64,000 nt of DNA from Rubripirellula sp. (GTDB lineage: Bacteria; Planctomycetota; Planctomycetia; Pirellulales; Pirellulaceae): assembly GCA_045110715.1 (NCBI GenBank), contig JBGCGI010000078.1, positions 369-64,368 of the forward strand, read 5' to 3'. The position numbers were made by a program, and so were the translations under genes. Positions 26,534 through 36,631 of the stretch are shown in pieces; the first letter of the stretch is position 1, and each line of letters opens with the position of its first letter. The notes beneath the pieces are model-generated. The model did no database searches. It worked only from the letters and a program-made list of their open reading frames with translations, and was not told the DNA's origin.

Positions 26534-27826
26534 TTGAATCCTCGCTGGTTCTTCGTTCTGACATCCTTGCTCACACTGGTCGCGTCCGTTGAGGCGCAAC
26601 GACCGGCGGTGGTTGCGTATCCAAACGCCTATGCCCCGATCGTGACAAATCTTGGAGTCGCGGATCCGTATGCGACAGTTGGGGTTCGTCCCGCTGGTTG
26701 GTTTGGCAACAACGGTTTGGCGCTTCCAACACGCCAATCCATCGGCAGTCGGCTCTGGTTACGAGCAGAGTATCTGCATTGGTGGACCGAGGGAATGGAC
26801 ACGCCAGCTTTGGTGACAACCAGCACCGCAGGTACGCCGCAGAACCAAGCGGCAATCTTAGGAGAACCGGGGGCATCGATACTTTTTGGTGGACGTGAGA
26901 TCAACGATGATTCTGAGAGTGGAATCCGTACGCGAGCTGGTTTTTGGCTGAATTCGCAACGTGCGTTTGCGATTGAGAGCGAGTACTTTCAGCTTCGTGA
27001 TCAAGACGATCGATACAACGCGAGCGGGGATGGCTCCAATATCGTAGGTCGTCCCTTCTTCGATATTACCAACGGGCGCGAAACGGCGCAGTTGGTTTCG
27101 TTCCCAGGTTTGGTTTCAGGCGCGGTCTCGATTGGTTCCAAAACCGAATTGAAATCGTTTCTGTTGAATGGACGTGCCTCACTTTGTCCAACCCACGGCA
27201 GCGCATGCGACGCGCCAGGACAGCACGACCGTGTGGACTGGATCGTTGGCTACCGGTACTTGGAGCTGGATGACCGTATCACGTTTGCAGAGAGTTTGAA
27301 TTCGTTGGTGCCAACGGCTCCTGGAACGTTGGGGATTTCCGAAAGCTTCCGCACCAAGAACGAATTCAACGGCCTTCAGCTGGGAGTTGTTTATCAAGCC
27401 AATTTTCGACGAGCTTGGTTGGAGTCTTTGCTGCGAGTCGCGGTCGGTCACAACACGCAAAAGGTACAGATTCAGGGTGGTACGGCGATCACCGAGAACG
27501 GAACCACGGACAACTTCTCGGGTGGTTTACTGGCTCAGCGGACCAATATTGGCAATTTCGAGCGGGATCAATTCACGATGATTCCGGAGATTGGCCTGAC
27601 CTTTGGCTTCCGCGTGACGGATTGGATGCACGCGACGGTCGGTTATACGGTGCTTTACTACCCCAGCGTCGTTCGTGCTGGAGACCAGATCGATACCGAT
27701 GTGAACCCGAATCTGCTGGCTCCCGAAATGAATCCGTTCAGCGGTACTTTGCGGCCCCGATTTCAGTACAACGAAAGTGACTACTGGGCGCAGGGAATCA
27801 ACTTGGGCGCAGAATTCCGCTTCTAA
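26534..27826 (+). CDS. BBP7-like planctomycete outer-membrane beta-barrel protein
   Basis: Signal peptide, LWLRAEYLHWWTEG, RPFFD, alternating beta-strand pattern, C-terminal YWAQGINLGAEFRF. TTG 26534 follows GGAGA. Confidence 0.82.
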   Translation: MNPRWFFVLTSLLTLVASVEAQRPAVVAYPNAYAPIVTNLGVADPYATVGVRPAGWFGNNGLALPTRQSIGSRLWLRAEYLHWWTEGMDTPALVTTSTAGTPQNQAAILGEPGASILFGGREINDDSESGIRTRAGFWLNSQRAFAIESEYFQLRDQDDRYNASGDGSNIVGRPFFDITNGRETAQLVSFPGLVSGAVSIGSKTELKSFLLNGRASLCPTHGSACDAPGQHDRVDWIVGYRYLELDDRITFAESLNSLVPTAPGTLGISESFRTKNEFNGLQLGVVYQANFRRAWLESLLRVAVGHNTQKVQIQGGTAITENGTTDNFSGGLLAQRTNIGNFERDQFTMIPEIGLTFGFRVTDWMHATVGYTVLYYPSVVRAGDQIDTDVNPNLLAPEMNPFSGTLRPRFQYNESDYWAQGINLGAEFRF

Positions 27827-27936
27827 GCGAAGCGTCCGCCATTTCTTTCGGTTTCGTCGCCCTCAAACGCGGCATCGCTCAGAAACAGGGAAGTCTGTCG
27901 ACGCTAGCTGGGGAAAAGACCGCGATCTCAGTTATC

Positions 27937-30003
27937 ATGGCGTCGTCAACAATTTCTTGTTTGGAGAATGCCAAGGTGAGATGTTTCGTTTTCCTTCTCT
28001 GCTCGATCGGTTTGCTGTGCTTCATCAGTGCAGACTCTCCAAGAGTTCTGGGTGAAGAGTTCAAACAGCTACCGCCCGCTGGGATCCCCATCGATACAGA
28101 AGTGCGTGAAGAGCTTTCTGAGAGAGTTCGAGCACTGCAAGGTGAACTTGAGTCGGCAGCCGCAAAGACACCTGATGCACAGCAATGGCGTCCTGATGTT
28201 GAAGTCCTGATCCGATCGGTGCGATTGGCGTTAGAACAAAATCTGTTCTTTAAGAAATCAGAGCCAACGATCGCTGGCAAGCTTTTGGATGAAGCCGATC
28301 GACGCTTGGCTGCGGCTACTTCCGGACAACGCGGGCTGCAACTGCTTGGGTTTGATCAAGACGCCGTTGATGAAGCTCAGTTGCTTGTGGGTGGTTTTCG
28401 CTCGGGCATCGACGACTCTGTTCAACCCTATGGGTTGGTTGTACCTGTGGGCTATGTTTCGGGCAAAGACCCATCACGCGTTGACGTATGGCTGCACGGT
28501 CGCGGGGATACGAAAACTGAGATCCCCTTTTTGAATGAGCGGATGACGAAAGTCGGCCAGTATGCTCCAGCCGACACGTTCGTATTGCATCCGTTCGGTC
28601 GCCACTGCAACGCGTTTAAGTTTGCTGGTGAGACGGATGTGTTTGAATCGCTTGATCATCTCAGAACGTTGATTGAGGTGGATGAACGCCGAATTGCGAT
28701 TCGCGGATTTTCGATGGGCGGCGCCGGATGTTGGCACTTGGCGGTGCACTATCCGACGCAGTGGTTCGCCGCCAATCCAGGTGCTGGTTTCGTCGACACA
28801 TTGGTGTACCAAGGGTGGCAGGAGAAAACGCCCTTCGCTATCGACTCGACGCGTGAAAAATTATTGAAACTGTACGACGTGTTGCCGTGGGTTCGCAATT
28901 TGAAGAACACGCAGACCGTGGCTTATAGCGGCGAGGTCGATAAGCAGAAGCAGGCGGCCGACCGGGTGGTTGAAGTCGCCGCAGAGATTGACATTCGCTT
29001 TCCGTATGTGATCGGGGAGGGAATGGGGCACAAAGTCAATCCAGAGTCAGCCGCAAAAGTCACTGCACTGCTGGACGAGCGGTCGGCACAGGTCTCGGAG
29101 CAGAATGCAGCAAGAGCCGAAATCGACTTCACCACTTACACGCTGAGATACAATCGGGCGGACTGGGTTTCGGTCATCGGAATGGGCGAGCATTGGAAGC
29201 CAGCGACGGTTCGCGGCAAGTTGGTGGGAGTCAATGAGATCTATCTCACGACTCGCAACGTGACCCGTCTGAAGTTGGATTTTCGTGATTCGGGTTGGCC
29301 GGTTCGGCCCGTTCAAGCTTCCTTGATGATCGACGGGCACCAAATGAAGCTGGATGATTGGGACGATGCGCCTGGCATCCAGTGCGAGTTGGAGTTTTCC
29401 GATGAATGGAAAGTCGTTGAGGAAATCGACAACTCCTTGCGTAAGAAACCGGGACTTCAAGGCCCAATCGACGACGCGTTTTACGAGCGGTTTGTCTTTG
29501 TCATTCCTAGTCGCCCTGCCAAGCATGGCGTCGTGCAACGTTGGCTTGATCGCGAGATCACCTATGCGAAAGATCGTTGGAAGCGTCTGATGCGAGGCGA
29601 AGTCCGCGTTGTGAAGGACTCCGACCTGACCGAGAAAGACATTCAGACGTGTCACCTGATTTGTTTCGGCGACTTCACGAGCAATCAGTATTTACGCGGA
29701 GTGGCAAAGCAGTTGCCGCTGACGTGGACACGAGACGAGTTAAAAATCGGGGAGAAGACGTTCAATTCAAATGTTCATGCTGCGATCTTCTGTTTTCCCA
29801 ATCCGCGAAATCCCGAGCGGTACCTGGTCGCCAACAGTGGCATGACGTTTCGCGATTTCTCCAACGTCAGCAACTCTCGTCAGATCGCGATGTTGCCCGA
29901 CTGGGCGATCATGGATGTCAGCGATCAATCCAACGATGACATTTTTTCAGGCAAGATCGTGGCGGACGGATTCTTCACCGAGCAATGGACCGTCAAGCCT
30001 TGA
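27937..30003 (+). CDS. Alpha/beta hydrolase (prolyl oligopeptidase-like serine peptidase/esterase)
   Basis: VWLHGRG, nucleophile elbow GFSMGG, His in GMGH. Confidence 0.85.
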   Translation: MASSTISCLENAKVRCFVFLLCSIGLLCFISADSPRVLGEEFKQLPPAGIPIDTEVREELSERVRALQGELESAAAKTPDAQQWRPDVEVLIRSVRLALEQNLFFKKSEPTIAGKLLDEADRRLAAATSGQRGLQLLGFDQDAVDEAQLLVGGFRSGIDDSVQPYGLVVPVGYVSGKDPSRVDVWLHGRGDTKTEIPFLNERMTKVGQYAPADTFVLHPFGRHCNAFKFAGETDVFESLDHLRTLIEVDERRIAIRGFSMGGAGCWHLAVHYPTQWFAANPGAGFVDTLVYQGWQEKTPFAIDSTREKLLKLYDVLPWVRNLKNTQTVAYSGEVDKQKQAADRVVEVAAEIDIRFPYVIGEGMGHKVNPESAAKVTALLDERSAQVSEQNAARAEIDFTTYTLRYNRADWVSVIGMGEHWKPATVRGKLVGVNEIYLTTRNVTRLKLDFRDSGWPVRPVQASLMIDGHQMKLDDWDDAPGIQCELEFSDEWKVVEEIDNSLRKKPGLQGPIDDAFYERFVFVIPSRPAKHGVVQRWLDREITYAKDRWKRLMRGEVRVVKDSDLTEKDIQTCHLICFGDFTSNQYLRGVAKQLPLTWTRDELKIGEKTFNSNVHAAIFCFPNPRNPERYLVANSGMTFRDFSNVSNSRQIAMLPDWAIMDVSDQSNDDIFSGKIVADGFFTEQWTVKP

Positions 30004-30088
30004 CGAAGCACGCCGCCAAGAATCGCAGCCAAGACGCTTCGCTCTCATCGTTAGGAGAGAGCGAAGCAGATTCATTTTTCGCGTTCGA

Positions 30089-31279
30089 CTAGCGACGTGC
30101 CATTCGTTTGGCGATCGCTTCACGCGAGAGCGGTACAATTTCCGCTGCACCGCCTGGGTTGAATAGCAGATCGTCACGGCTTGGCTTGGTGTCGGTATTG
30201 TCATACTGAACCAAGTAGGCACCGATTTGGATTCCACCCTCTTCGTACACAGGTGGCCAGAATTCTTCGCCGCGAATTGCCAGGGTCTTTGCCAGCAGGC
30301 GTGTTGCCCGGCCTGAGAAACCACTGAGCACCATGTCGAGTCGACCGAGTGCCTCTCGGAACAGATAGAAAACCAAAGCGGTGTCTTTGTCTTTGCCGCC
30401 CGCGTAGGCCCAGGTTCCATCATCTTTCTCGTAATAGAATCCGGGTTCTGGTGCGGCTTCATTCTTGCTCAGACTGACGCCTGCCGAACCGCCGTGTGGC
30501 TGTGGGTCGCTGTCACGGTACCGCAAAAAGAACGGGCATGAACGGGCTGAGACATCATCGACGTCATCCTCGGTCACAAAGGGAGTGAAACCGAAGACGT
30601 CTGCAAACAGGAGTTCGACCACCGGATTGCTCTTCACGCTTCCGATGCAAACCATTCCGCGATCTCCCTGGGCCTCGACAAAGCCCTCAAAGACTTCCGA
30701 GGCTCGAGTCCGCGCGTCGTCTTGCGAAACTTGTCCAGGACTCCAAACCAAAGACTGCTGCAAGCGATCGGGCATTGGAGCCGCCTGGGTCAATCCCTCG
30801 TCGTCATCTGCCGATCCCTGGTGCTTCGCCGCTCCTCCGAGGGTGGAAACGCCGTTGAGCAATTCTCCGAACAGGACGGCATCGCTGGCAACGACCGTCG
30901 CGTTGTCCGGCGACTTCGTGTCAGGGTTTTCCCTGACGCCCAGCACGATTTCGATTTCGCCACGCCGAGCCAAAAGCTCCCAGAAGTTCTCGGCATTGAC
31001 CGCAAAGAGGGCGCCAGGCAGCTGGTCGGCCGTCGCGTAACCTTGGTCGATCAGGTAATCGCAAATGCGTGACAGAGCATCCAACGGGATGTATTTCGCT
31101 TCATTCTTCAGCAGGGAAGCAACCTGGTGGCGATCGAGCCCGGTGTGCTCAACGATGGATTTGATGGTACCGGGACGCTTGCGGCGATCCGGAGTATGCC
31201 CAAGCAATTCCGCCAAACGAAATGCGTATCTCATTGGATCCTGGTAATTTTGATGAGGAGGATGAGTGGTGCTAGTCAC
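30089..31279 (-). CDS. Cro/C1-type HTH protein with uncharacterised C-terminal domain
   Basis: IVEHTGLDRHQVASLLKNEAKYIPLDALSRICDYL. The start may be ATG 31234. Confidence 0.8.
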   Translation of the reverse strand: MTSTTHPPHQNYQDPMRYAFRLAELLGHTPDRRKRPGTIKSIVEHTGLDRHQVASLLKNEAKYIPLDALSRICDYLIDQGYATADQLPGALFAVNAENFWELLARRGEIEIVLGVRENPDTKSPDNATVVASDAVLFGELLNGVSTLGGAAKHQGSADDDEGLTQAAPMPDRLQQSLVWSPGQVSQDDARTRASEVFEGFVEAQGDRGMVCIGSVKSNPVVELLFADVFGFTPFVTEDDVDDVSARSCPFFLRYRDSDPQPHGGSAGVSLSKNEAAPEPGFYYEKDDGTWAYAGGKDKDTALVFYLFREALGRLDMVLSGFSGRATRLLAKTLAIRGEEFWPPVYEEGGIQIGAYLVQYDNTDTKPSRDDLLFNPGGAAEIVPLSREAIAKRMARR

Positions 31280-31665
31280 AAAACCATAGTGCGGTCCAGT
31301 CTAGCAAGGCAACGCGCATTGGGGGTGTCAACTAGCCCATCCATTCGATTTCAAGTTTCCGCAATGTTGATGCGGCACGTCAATTCATTGAAGTCGAAAG
31401 GCAAGATCCTGCAATTCCCCTGAGACATATGCGGCTTGATCTTCCCCTTAAGTCGTCGCAAGGGTTCGGTTGGTTCAATTTTGTACGGATTGCTGTAACT
31501 TTCGTCCAACAATCGGCCCGCGAAATCGTTGTCATCGCTGTAGGATTGCTAGTTTTTGTAGATTCACTGTCCAAGTGACCAGTAAGATAGGTGATAAGGT
31601 CCTCTCGAGGACTCCTGTACCTACAATGGAGTGATTGAGTCGCTCTCTTCTCTTCCCCTTCAAGT

Positions 31666-34600
31666 TTGACGGATCGTCTCTTGTCCATCGCGGCGCCTCC
31701 CAAATCGAACTCTCCCGAGCCCCCGCCAGCTGGCGGCGCGGTATCGCAGGCAGACCAGTTGATCGAGCAGCGGATCGCAGAAGCCTGTCGTGCGTTGTGG
31801 TGGGCAGAGCTGACTCGCTCCGTTCTGCGGGCGGTGATTGCCATCATCGTGTTGATGCTCGTGTGGGTGATTGTTGACCAGTGGGTGTACTCTCCGGGGG
31901 TACTGGTCCGGACTTTGTTGTTCGTCGCTAGCGTTTCTGCACTTGGGGGCTATGGCTGGTTTCGGGTGCGACCTTTGTTGGGGAGTTCGATTCGACCGGA
32001 GTACGCCGCGAGATCTCTGGAAAGCGACATGCCGGATCTGCGTCAGTCGTTGACCAGCTATGTGACGCTCCGCGGTGACCGAGCGTCCGGGGGGCTGAGG
32101 AGTCGGGTTGTGAGATCCATTGCTGCTCAGACTGCTGGCCGTCTGCGAGCTCAGGATGAACTGCCCCAGGAGGCGACAGGAACTTTGCGCTGGTGGCTAG
32201 TGACGGCGGCCGCATTCGCAGTGTTGGTTGCTTACACCGTTGTGTCACCGAAGAACTCTTTCAAGTCAGCAGCCAGGATTGCCGCGCCGCTGGCATCGAT
32301 TGAACCAGCTCGCCGCGTTTCGATCAAAGATGTGCAACCGGGCAATGTGGAGGCGATCGCCGGTCGCGCGCTGGAAGTCTCGGCGAACATCGATGGCATC
32401 CGTGATGATGAACGGGTCCTGTGTCGTTGGGAGTTGCCCTCAGGGCAAGAAGCAGGCACGCGCGAAACGGTCCTTACTCGCGATTCAAAATCAGGTCGCT
32501 TCGCAGGTCAGGTTGATCTTCCGCATGCTGCATCCGGTCAAGTGCCGTATGTGATTTCGGCTGGGGATGCGGAGGCTGGACCATTTTATCTGACGGTTCA
32601 GGATTTGCCTGTGGTCGCTCTTCAATCGGTGACTTACGAGCCGCCTGCCTACACTGGCCAGCCTCGTCACACGAGCAGTAGTGGCGCGATCACCGCGCTT
32701 GATGGAACTCGGGTGCAGATTTTGGCACGTACCAATCGTCCGGTTAAAAAAGCAAAGATTGAATTCAATCCTCGCAAGTTGGGCGACACCGTCCAGGCAA
32801 CGGCTGGAGCAACCGACATCCAAATCGATGCCAGTGGGACAACTTTGTCGGTTTCGTTTTCACTGCGCAGTGCGCGCGGTCGATCCGCAGCGGTGGAACC
32901 AGAGAGTTATCGGATTCAAGTCAGCGATGCAGCGGGGCAGACGAATCCTGACCCGATCGTCTATCCGATTCGAGTGGTGACTGACTTGCCGCCTGAAGTC
33001 GCGATCATGCTTCCTGTGACTTCGCCCAAAGATTTGCCAATCGATTTGCAGCAGACGATCGAAGTTCATGCTTCGGACCCTGATTTCGGATTGAGGCAAG
33101 TCACATTGGAAATTCGATCCGGCATCGACTTGATTGCCGAGCCGGTCTTGTGGAGTGTGGAGAATGCAAACGCGGATCAGAGCCGCGACCGTCGAAGCAC
33201 GAACCAAATCATGGAATACGGTTTTCGCCCGGCTGCCCTGGGGCTGCGAATCGGCGATACCGTTCAAATCGTTGCGGTTGCCACCGACAACCGCACCATC
33301 GAGCACATGCCCAGTATCGAACCCAATGTTGTTCGCACAGATCCTGTCGAAATCAGAATTGTCTCGATGGAAGAGGATCCTCGATCCCAGGATTCCAATC
33401 CAGATGGAGTGGGGCAGCCTGATCAGAAGCCAGAACAAAAGTCATCGGATGAAGCTGGCGAGCAAAGCGGAAAAGATGGCGAATCAGGGCAGCAATCTGG
33501 TGGCGGATCATCCGGAGAAAGTGGCTCCTCAAGCAAAGGCAGCGGCGGCGATCAATCAGGCAGCAGCAGTCAGCAGGAAGGAGAATCGGACGGCGAGGAA
33601 ACTGGTGAGAAAGGAACGTCGTCGTCGGGCGGTTCCAGTCAGGACAGTGCCGAGGGAGACCCGTCCCAATCGAATGATGGGTCAGGTTCCAACGAGATGT
33701 CGGATAACTCCAGCGGAGAACCTTCCGATACCAATGCGGCGAGTGACCCTAGCAACGACTCCGGTCAAAGTGGGCGTCCCAGCGACGCAAAAGCCGGCCA
33801 GGATTCCAGCGACGGCGATCCAAGCGGGGATGCAGATTCGTCCTCCGCGTCCGAGGGACAGCAGCCTGAAGGACAGATGGGCGATCCATCGAATTCCAGT
33901 TCAAAGACAGAAGGCGAGAGTTCGGGCGAAGCAGGAGCGGAGAATCGCGACGGACAAAGGGGCGATCCCAATGGGGCCAACAGCAAGCAGCAGTCCGGTA
34001 CTGGTGAGAATGCAGCGGGCGATCCGTCTGGATCAGAAGCCGGCGAAGAACCGGCAGAGGAACAAGGTTCCCCCAAGCATGACGGCGAAACGTTCGAGCG
34101 CATTCGCGACTTCCTAGAGAAGAAACAACAAGAGCAGGAACAGTCGGGTGGCTCGAATTCGCAGCAGGGCGAGCAAGGATCACCGGACAACCAAGGTGAC
34201 CAAGGTGCTTCGGGGAATCAGCAGGGAGAGCAGTCGGGGGACGCGAACTCACAAGACTCTCCGTCGAAGGATCCCTCTGGAGCAAGTTCTGATTCGTCAG
34301 GATCCGATCGAAAGAACGCATCGAGTGACAGCAGCGATTCTCCATCGGAAGATCAATCTGACGGCCAGCCCTCCGAGGAACAAGGCAAAACGCCGGACAA
34401 CCAAGGCAAGCCCTCCGACAAGCAAGGCCAACCAGGCGATGACGAAGGCAAACCCTCCGGCGAGCAAGGCGACCAGGGGGACGAAGGTGAAGCTGGCCAA
34501 AATGGTGAGCAAGGCGACCCGGCTGAGGAGTCAGGCTCTGGCGATCAACCGAGTTCCGACAGCGAGCAACAAGGCTCCGACTCCGAGGGACAGAACGATT

Positions 34601-35202
34601 CGGAAGCTGGCCAACAAAATCCGTCCGACTCTGATCAGCAGTCGAAAAGCGATTCCCCGTCAGGAACAAAAGGTTCTGGTAAGCCCGGATCCGAAGCCTC
34701 GCCCAATCAGACACCGAATGCCAAGTCCGATAACAAACAGAGCCCCCATCAGACCACCGCAGATACCTTCGATGGATCCGGGCAAGGCGGCGACGTCGGC
34801 GATCCGGCTGATGCGGTCCAGGCGCCGGACCCCGTTGATCTTGAGTACGCCAAGCAAGCGACCGATATGGTTTTGGACTACTTGAAGGAAACCAGGGACG
34901 CACCTGATCGCGAGTTGCTCGATCAACTGAATTGGACGGAAGACGATCTGAAGCAGTTTGCCCAGCGCTGGCAGAACGTTCGCGACGTGTCGAACAACGA
35001 CCCTTCCCTTGAGGGCGACGGAGAGTTGTCCGATGCGCTGCGAAGTCTAGGGCTGCGGCCGTCCGTCACGGATTCCAATCAGAAGGTGCGAGAATCTGCT
35101 GACAGCTTGCGATCAGTCCGGGACTCCGGCAATCGAAAGCCCCCTCCGGCGGCCTATCGTGATGCCTTTGACTCGTTTCGACGGGCCATCGGCAAGCAGT
35201 AG
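31666..35202 (+). CDS. Large membrane-anchored hypothetical protein with Ig-like-looking region and long S/G/Q/D-rich disordered C-terminal region
   Basis: 1178-aa ORF with N-terminal TM helices, beta-rich repeats (PVVALQSVTYEPPAYTG, DLPPEVAI) and a low-complexity tail. Confidence 0.85.
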   Translation: MTDRLLSIAAPPKSNSPEPPPAGGAVSQADQLIEQRIAEACRALWWAELTRSVLRAVIAIIVLMLVWVIVDQWVYSPGVLVRTLLFVASVSALGGYGWFRVRPLLGSSIRPEYAARSLESDMPDLRQSLTSYVTLRGDRASGGLRSRVVRSIAAQTAGRLRAQDELPQEATGTLRWWLVTAAAFAVLVAYTVVSPKNSFKSAARIAAPLASIEPARRVSIKDVQPGNVEAIAGRALEVSANIDGIRDDERVLCRWELPSGQEAGTRETVLTRDSKSGRFAGQVDLPHAASGQVPYVISAGDAEAGPFYLTVQDLPVVALQSVTYEPPAYTGQPRHTSSSGAITALDGTRVQILARTNRPVKKAKIEFNPRKLGDTVQATAGATDIQIDASGTTLSVSFSLRSARGRSAAVEPESYRIQVSDAAGQTNPDPIVYPIRVVTDLPPEVAIMLPVTSPKDLPIDLQQTIEVHASDPDFGLRQVTLEIRSGIDLIAEPVLWSVENANADQSRDRRSTNQIMEYGFRPAALGLRIGDTVQIVAVATDNRTIEHMPSIEPNVVRTDPVEIRIVSMEEDPRSQDSNPDGVGQPDQKPEQKSSDEAGEQSGKDGESGQQSGGGSSGESGSSSKGSGGDQSGSSSQQEGESDGEETGEKGTSSSGGSSQDSAEGDPSQSNDGSGSNEMSDNSSGEPSDTNAASDPSNDSGQSGRPSDAKAGQDSSDGDPSGDADSSSASEGQQPEGQMGDPSNSSSKTEGESSGEAGAENRDGQRGDPNGANSKQQSGTGENAAGDPSGSEAGEEPAEEQGSPKHDGETFERIRDFLEKKQQEQEQSGGSNSQQGEQGSPDNQGDQGASGNQQGEQSGDANSQDSPSKDPSGASSDSSGSDRKNASSDSSDSPSEDQSDGQPSEEQGKTPDNQGKPSDKQGQPGDDEGKPSGEQGDQGDEGEAGQNGEQGDPAEESGSGDQPSSDSEQQGSDSEGQNDSEAGQQNPSDSDQQSKSDSPSGTKGSGKPGSEASPNQTPNAKSDNKQSPHQTTADTFDGSGQGGDVGDPADAVQAPDPVDLEYAKQATDMVLDYLKETRDAPDRELLDQLNWTEDDLKQFAQRWQNVRDVSNNDPSLEGDGELSDALRSLGLRPSVTDSNQKVRESADSLRSVRDSGNRKPPPAAYRDAFDSFRRAIGKQ

Positions 35203-35319
35203 GAAGCGGCGCGGTGGTTTTCGGATCACTCCTGATGGAATTGGACCGGCCAACTGAATCACGAATAGGTCTCGGTTACAATTTCCCACTTCACAACCGA
35301 TTCCAAACCGGACCACTCT

Positions 35320-36027
35320 ATGAAAATTCTTTCTTTGCTTGCCGCCTTCGTTTTGTTCTCCGGGCTCTGTGTCGCTGACGAACCGAAAACAGAGCCCGCT
35401 GCAACTTCTGACGTTACCGTTTTATATGGAGGCGGTGATTTGACGGGCTGGATGGGACGCGATGATCTCTGGTCTGCCGAGGATGGGCAAATCGTTGGTC
35501 GGACCTCTGATGAAAAGCCGATCGATGGAAATACGTTTCTGGTCTATCAAGGAGCAGTCCCGCCCAACTTTGAATTGACGGCTCAGTTCAAGATCGAGAG
35601 CGGCAATTCAGGAATACAGTATCGCAGTAAAGTGATCGACGAAAAGAAGTTCGTTGTCAGTGGCTATCAGGCTGACATCGACTTCACCAACAAGTTTGCT
35701 GGGATTCTTTATGAGGAGAAAGGTCGCGGTATCCTGGCCCAGCGAGGCGAGACCGTCACGATCGACGGTGAAGGTGAGACCTCGAAGGTTCGGTTCGGAG
35801 ATCGAGCGGCATTGGCTGCTGGCATTCACCCTGGCAAATGGAACGACTTTCGGGTCGTCGCGAACGGGAACCACTTGCAACACTTCATCAACGAATCGAT
35901 GACGGCAGAAGTGATCGACGAGCAAGAGAGCAAAGCGGCCAAGGACGGTGTGATTGCACTCCAAATCCACAAGGGGCCCGCGATGGTGGTTCGCTTCAAG
36001 AACATCAAACTTCGACGACTGAAGTAG
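35320..36027 (+). CDS. DUF1080 (3-keto-disaccharide hydrolase-like) protein
   Basis: Signal peptide, GNSGIQYRS, GYQADI, WNDFRVVANGNHLQHFIN, GVIALQIH. Confidence 0.92.
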   Translation: MKILSLLAAFVLFSGLCVADEPKTEPAATSDVTVLYGGGDLTGWMGRDDLWSAEDGQIVGRTSDEKPIDGNTFLVYQGAVPPNFELTAQFKIESGNSGIQYRSKVIDEKKFVVSGYQADIDFTNKFAGILYEEKGRGILAQRGETVTIDGEGETSKVRFGDRAALAAGIHPGKWNDFRVVANGNHLQHFINESMTAEVIDEQESKAAKDGVIALQIHKGPAMVVRFKNIKLRRLK

Positions 36028-36063
36028 TCTGGCTTGATTCGACGCATTCCGGCTTGCTTTGTC

Positions 36064-36414
36064 TTAGAGGCGACGTTCGATTTCTTCTTTCAATAAGTTG
36101 GCATTCCGCCGATTGCTCTTCCAAAAGATATCGAAGAGATCGCCGATGCCGGGGATCATGCCAATGGTGAAGTCAATCAGAGCGTTCACGATCATCTTGG
36201 CGTAAACCCGTTTGCGTACACCGATACGAAGGGCTTGGACAAGCAGATACGGTTGTGAGCTCAGTGTGATCACGTCGCCCACGCCCGGGAACCAACCGAG
36301 AATGCTGTCCCATCCCACGCGAATGTTCGTTCCAGGAATGCAGAAGAAATCGTCCATGAAACTGGCGAGTCGATCGACTTTGCGTTGAATCTCGTTCAAG
36401 CGATCGTCGTTCAT
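36064..36414 (-). CDS. DUF4112 domain-containing protein
   Basis: MDDFFCIPGTNIRVGWDSILGWFPGVGD...IGMIPGIGDLFDIFWKSNRRNANLL. Confidence 0.9.
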   Translation of the reverse strand: MNDDRLNEIQRKVDRLASFMDDFFCIPGTNIRVGWDSILGWFPGVGDVITLSSQPYLLVQALRIGVRKRVYAKMIVNALIDFTIGMIPGIGDLFDIFWKSNRRNANLLKEEIERRL

Positions 36415-36452
36415 GAGGGTTCCTTCGCGGATGCCTGGGCAACCAAAATGCC

Positions 36453-36518
36453 GGGGTGAGCTTCTCGCTTGCCTCTGCCCAACCCTTTGCCGGACATCAC
36501 AAGCAGGAAGTTTACGCC
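36453..36518. repeat. Degenerate inverted pair resembling a REP element
   Basis: GGGGTGAGCTTCTCGCTTGC (36453-72) matches the reverse complement of ACAAGCAGGAAGTTTACGCC (36499-518) at 14/20 positions. It resembles the GTGGC..AAGCTTCCAGCTTG-type extragenic palindromes I recall from planctomycetes. Confidence 0.35.
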
Positions 36519-36631
36519 ACTTCAACCACTGCGATGTCCTGCAGTGCAAACAGAGATTGTGACAGAGTGTTGAGAATGTGCCTACACTGTCACGAAAACG
36601 TGCCCCACTTTTCTACCGGAAAGGCCAATAA

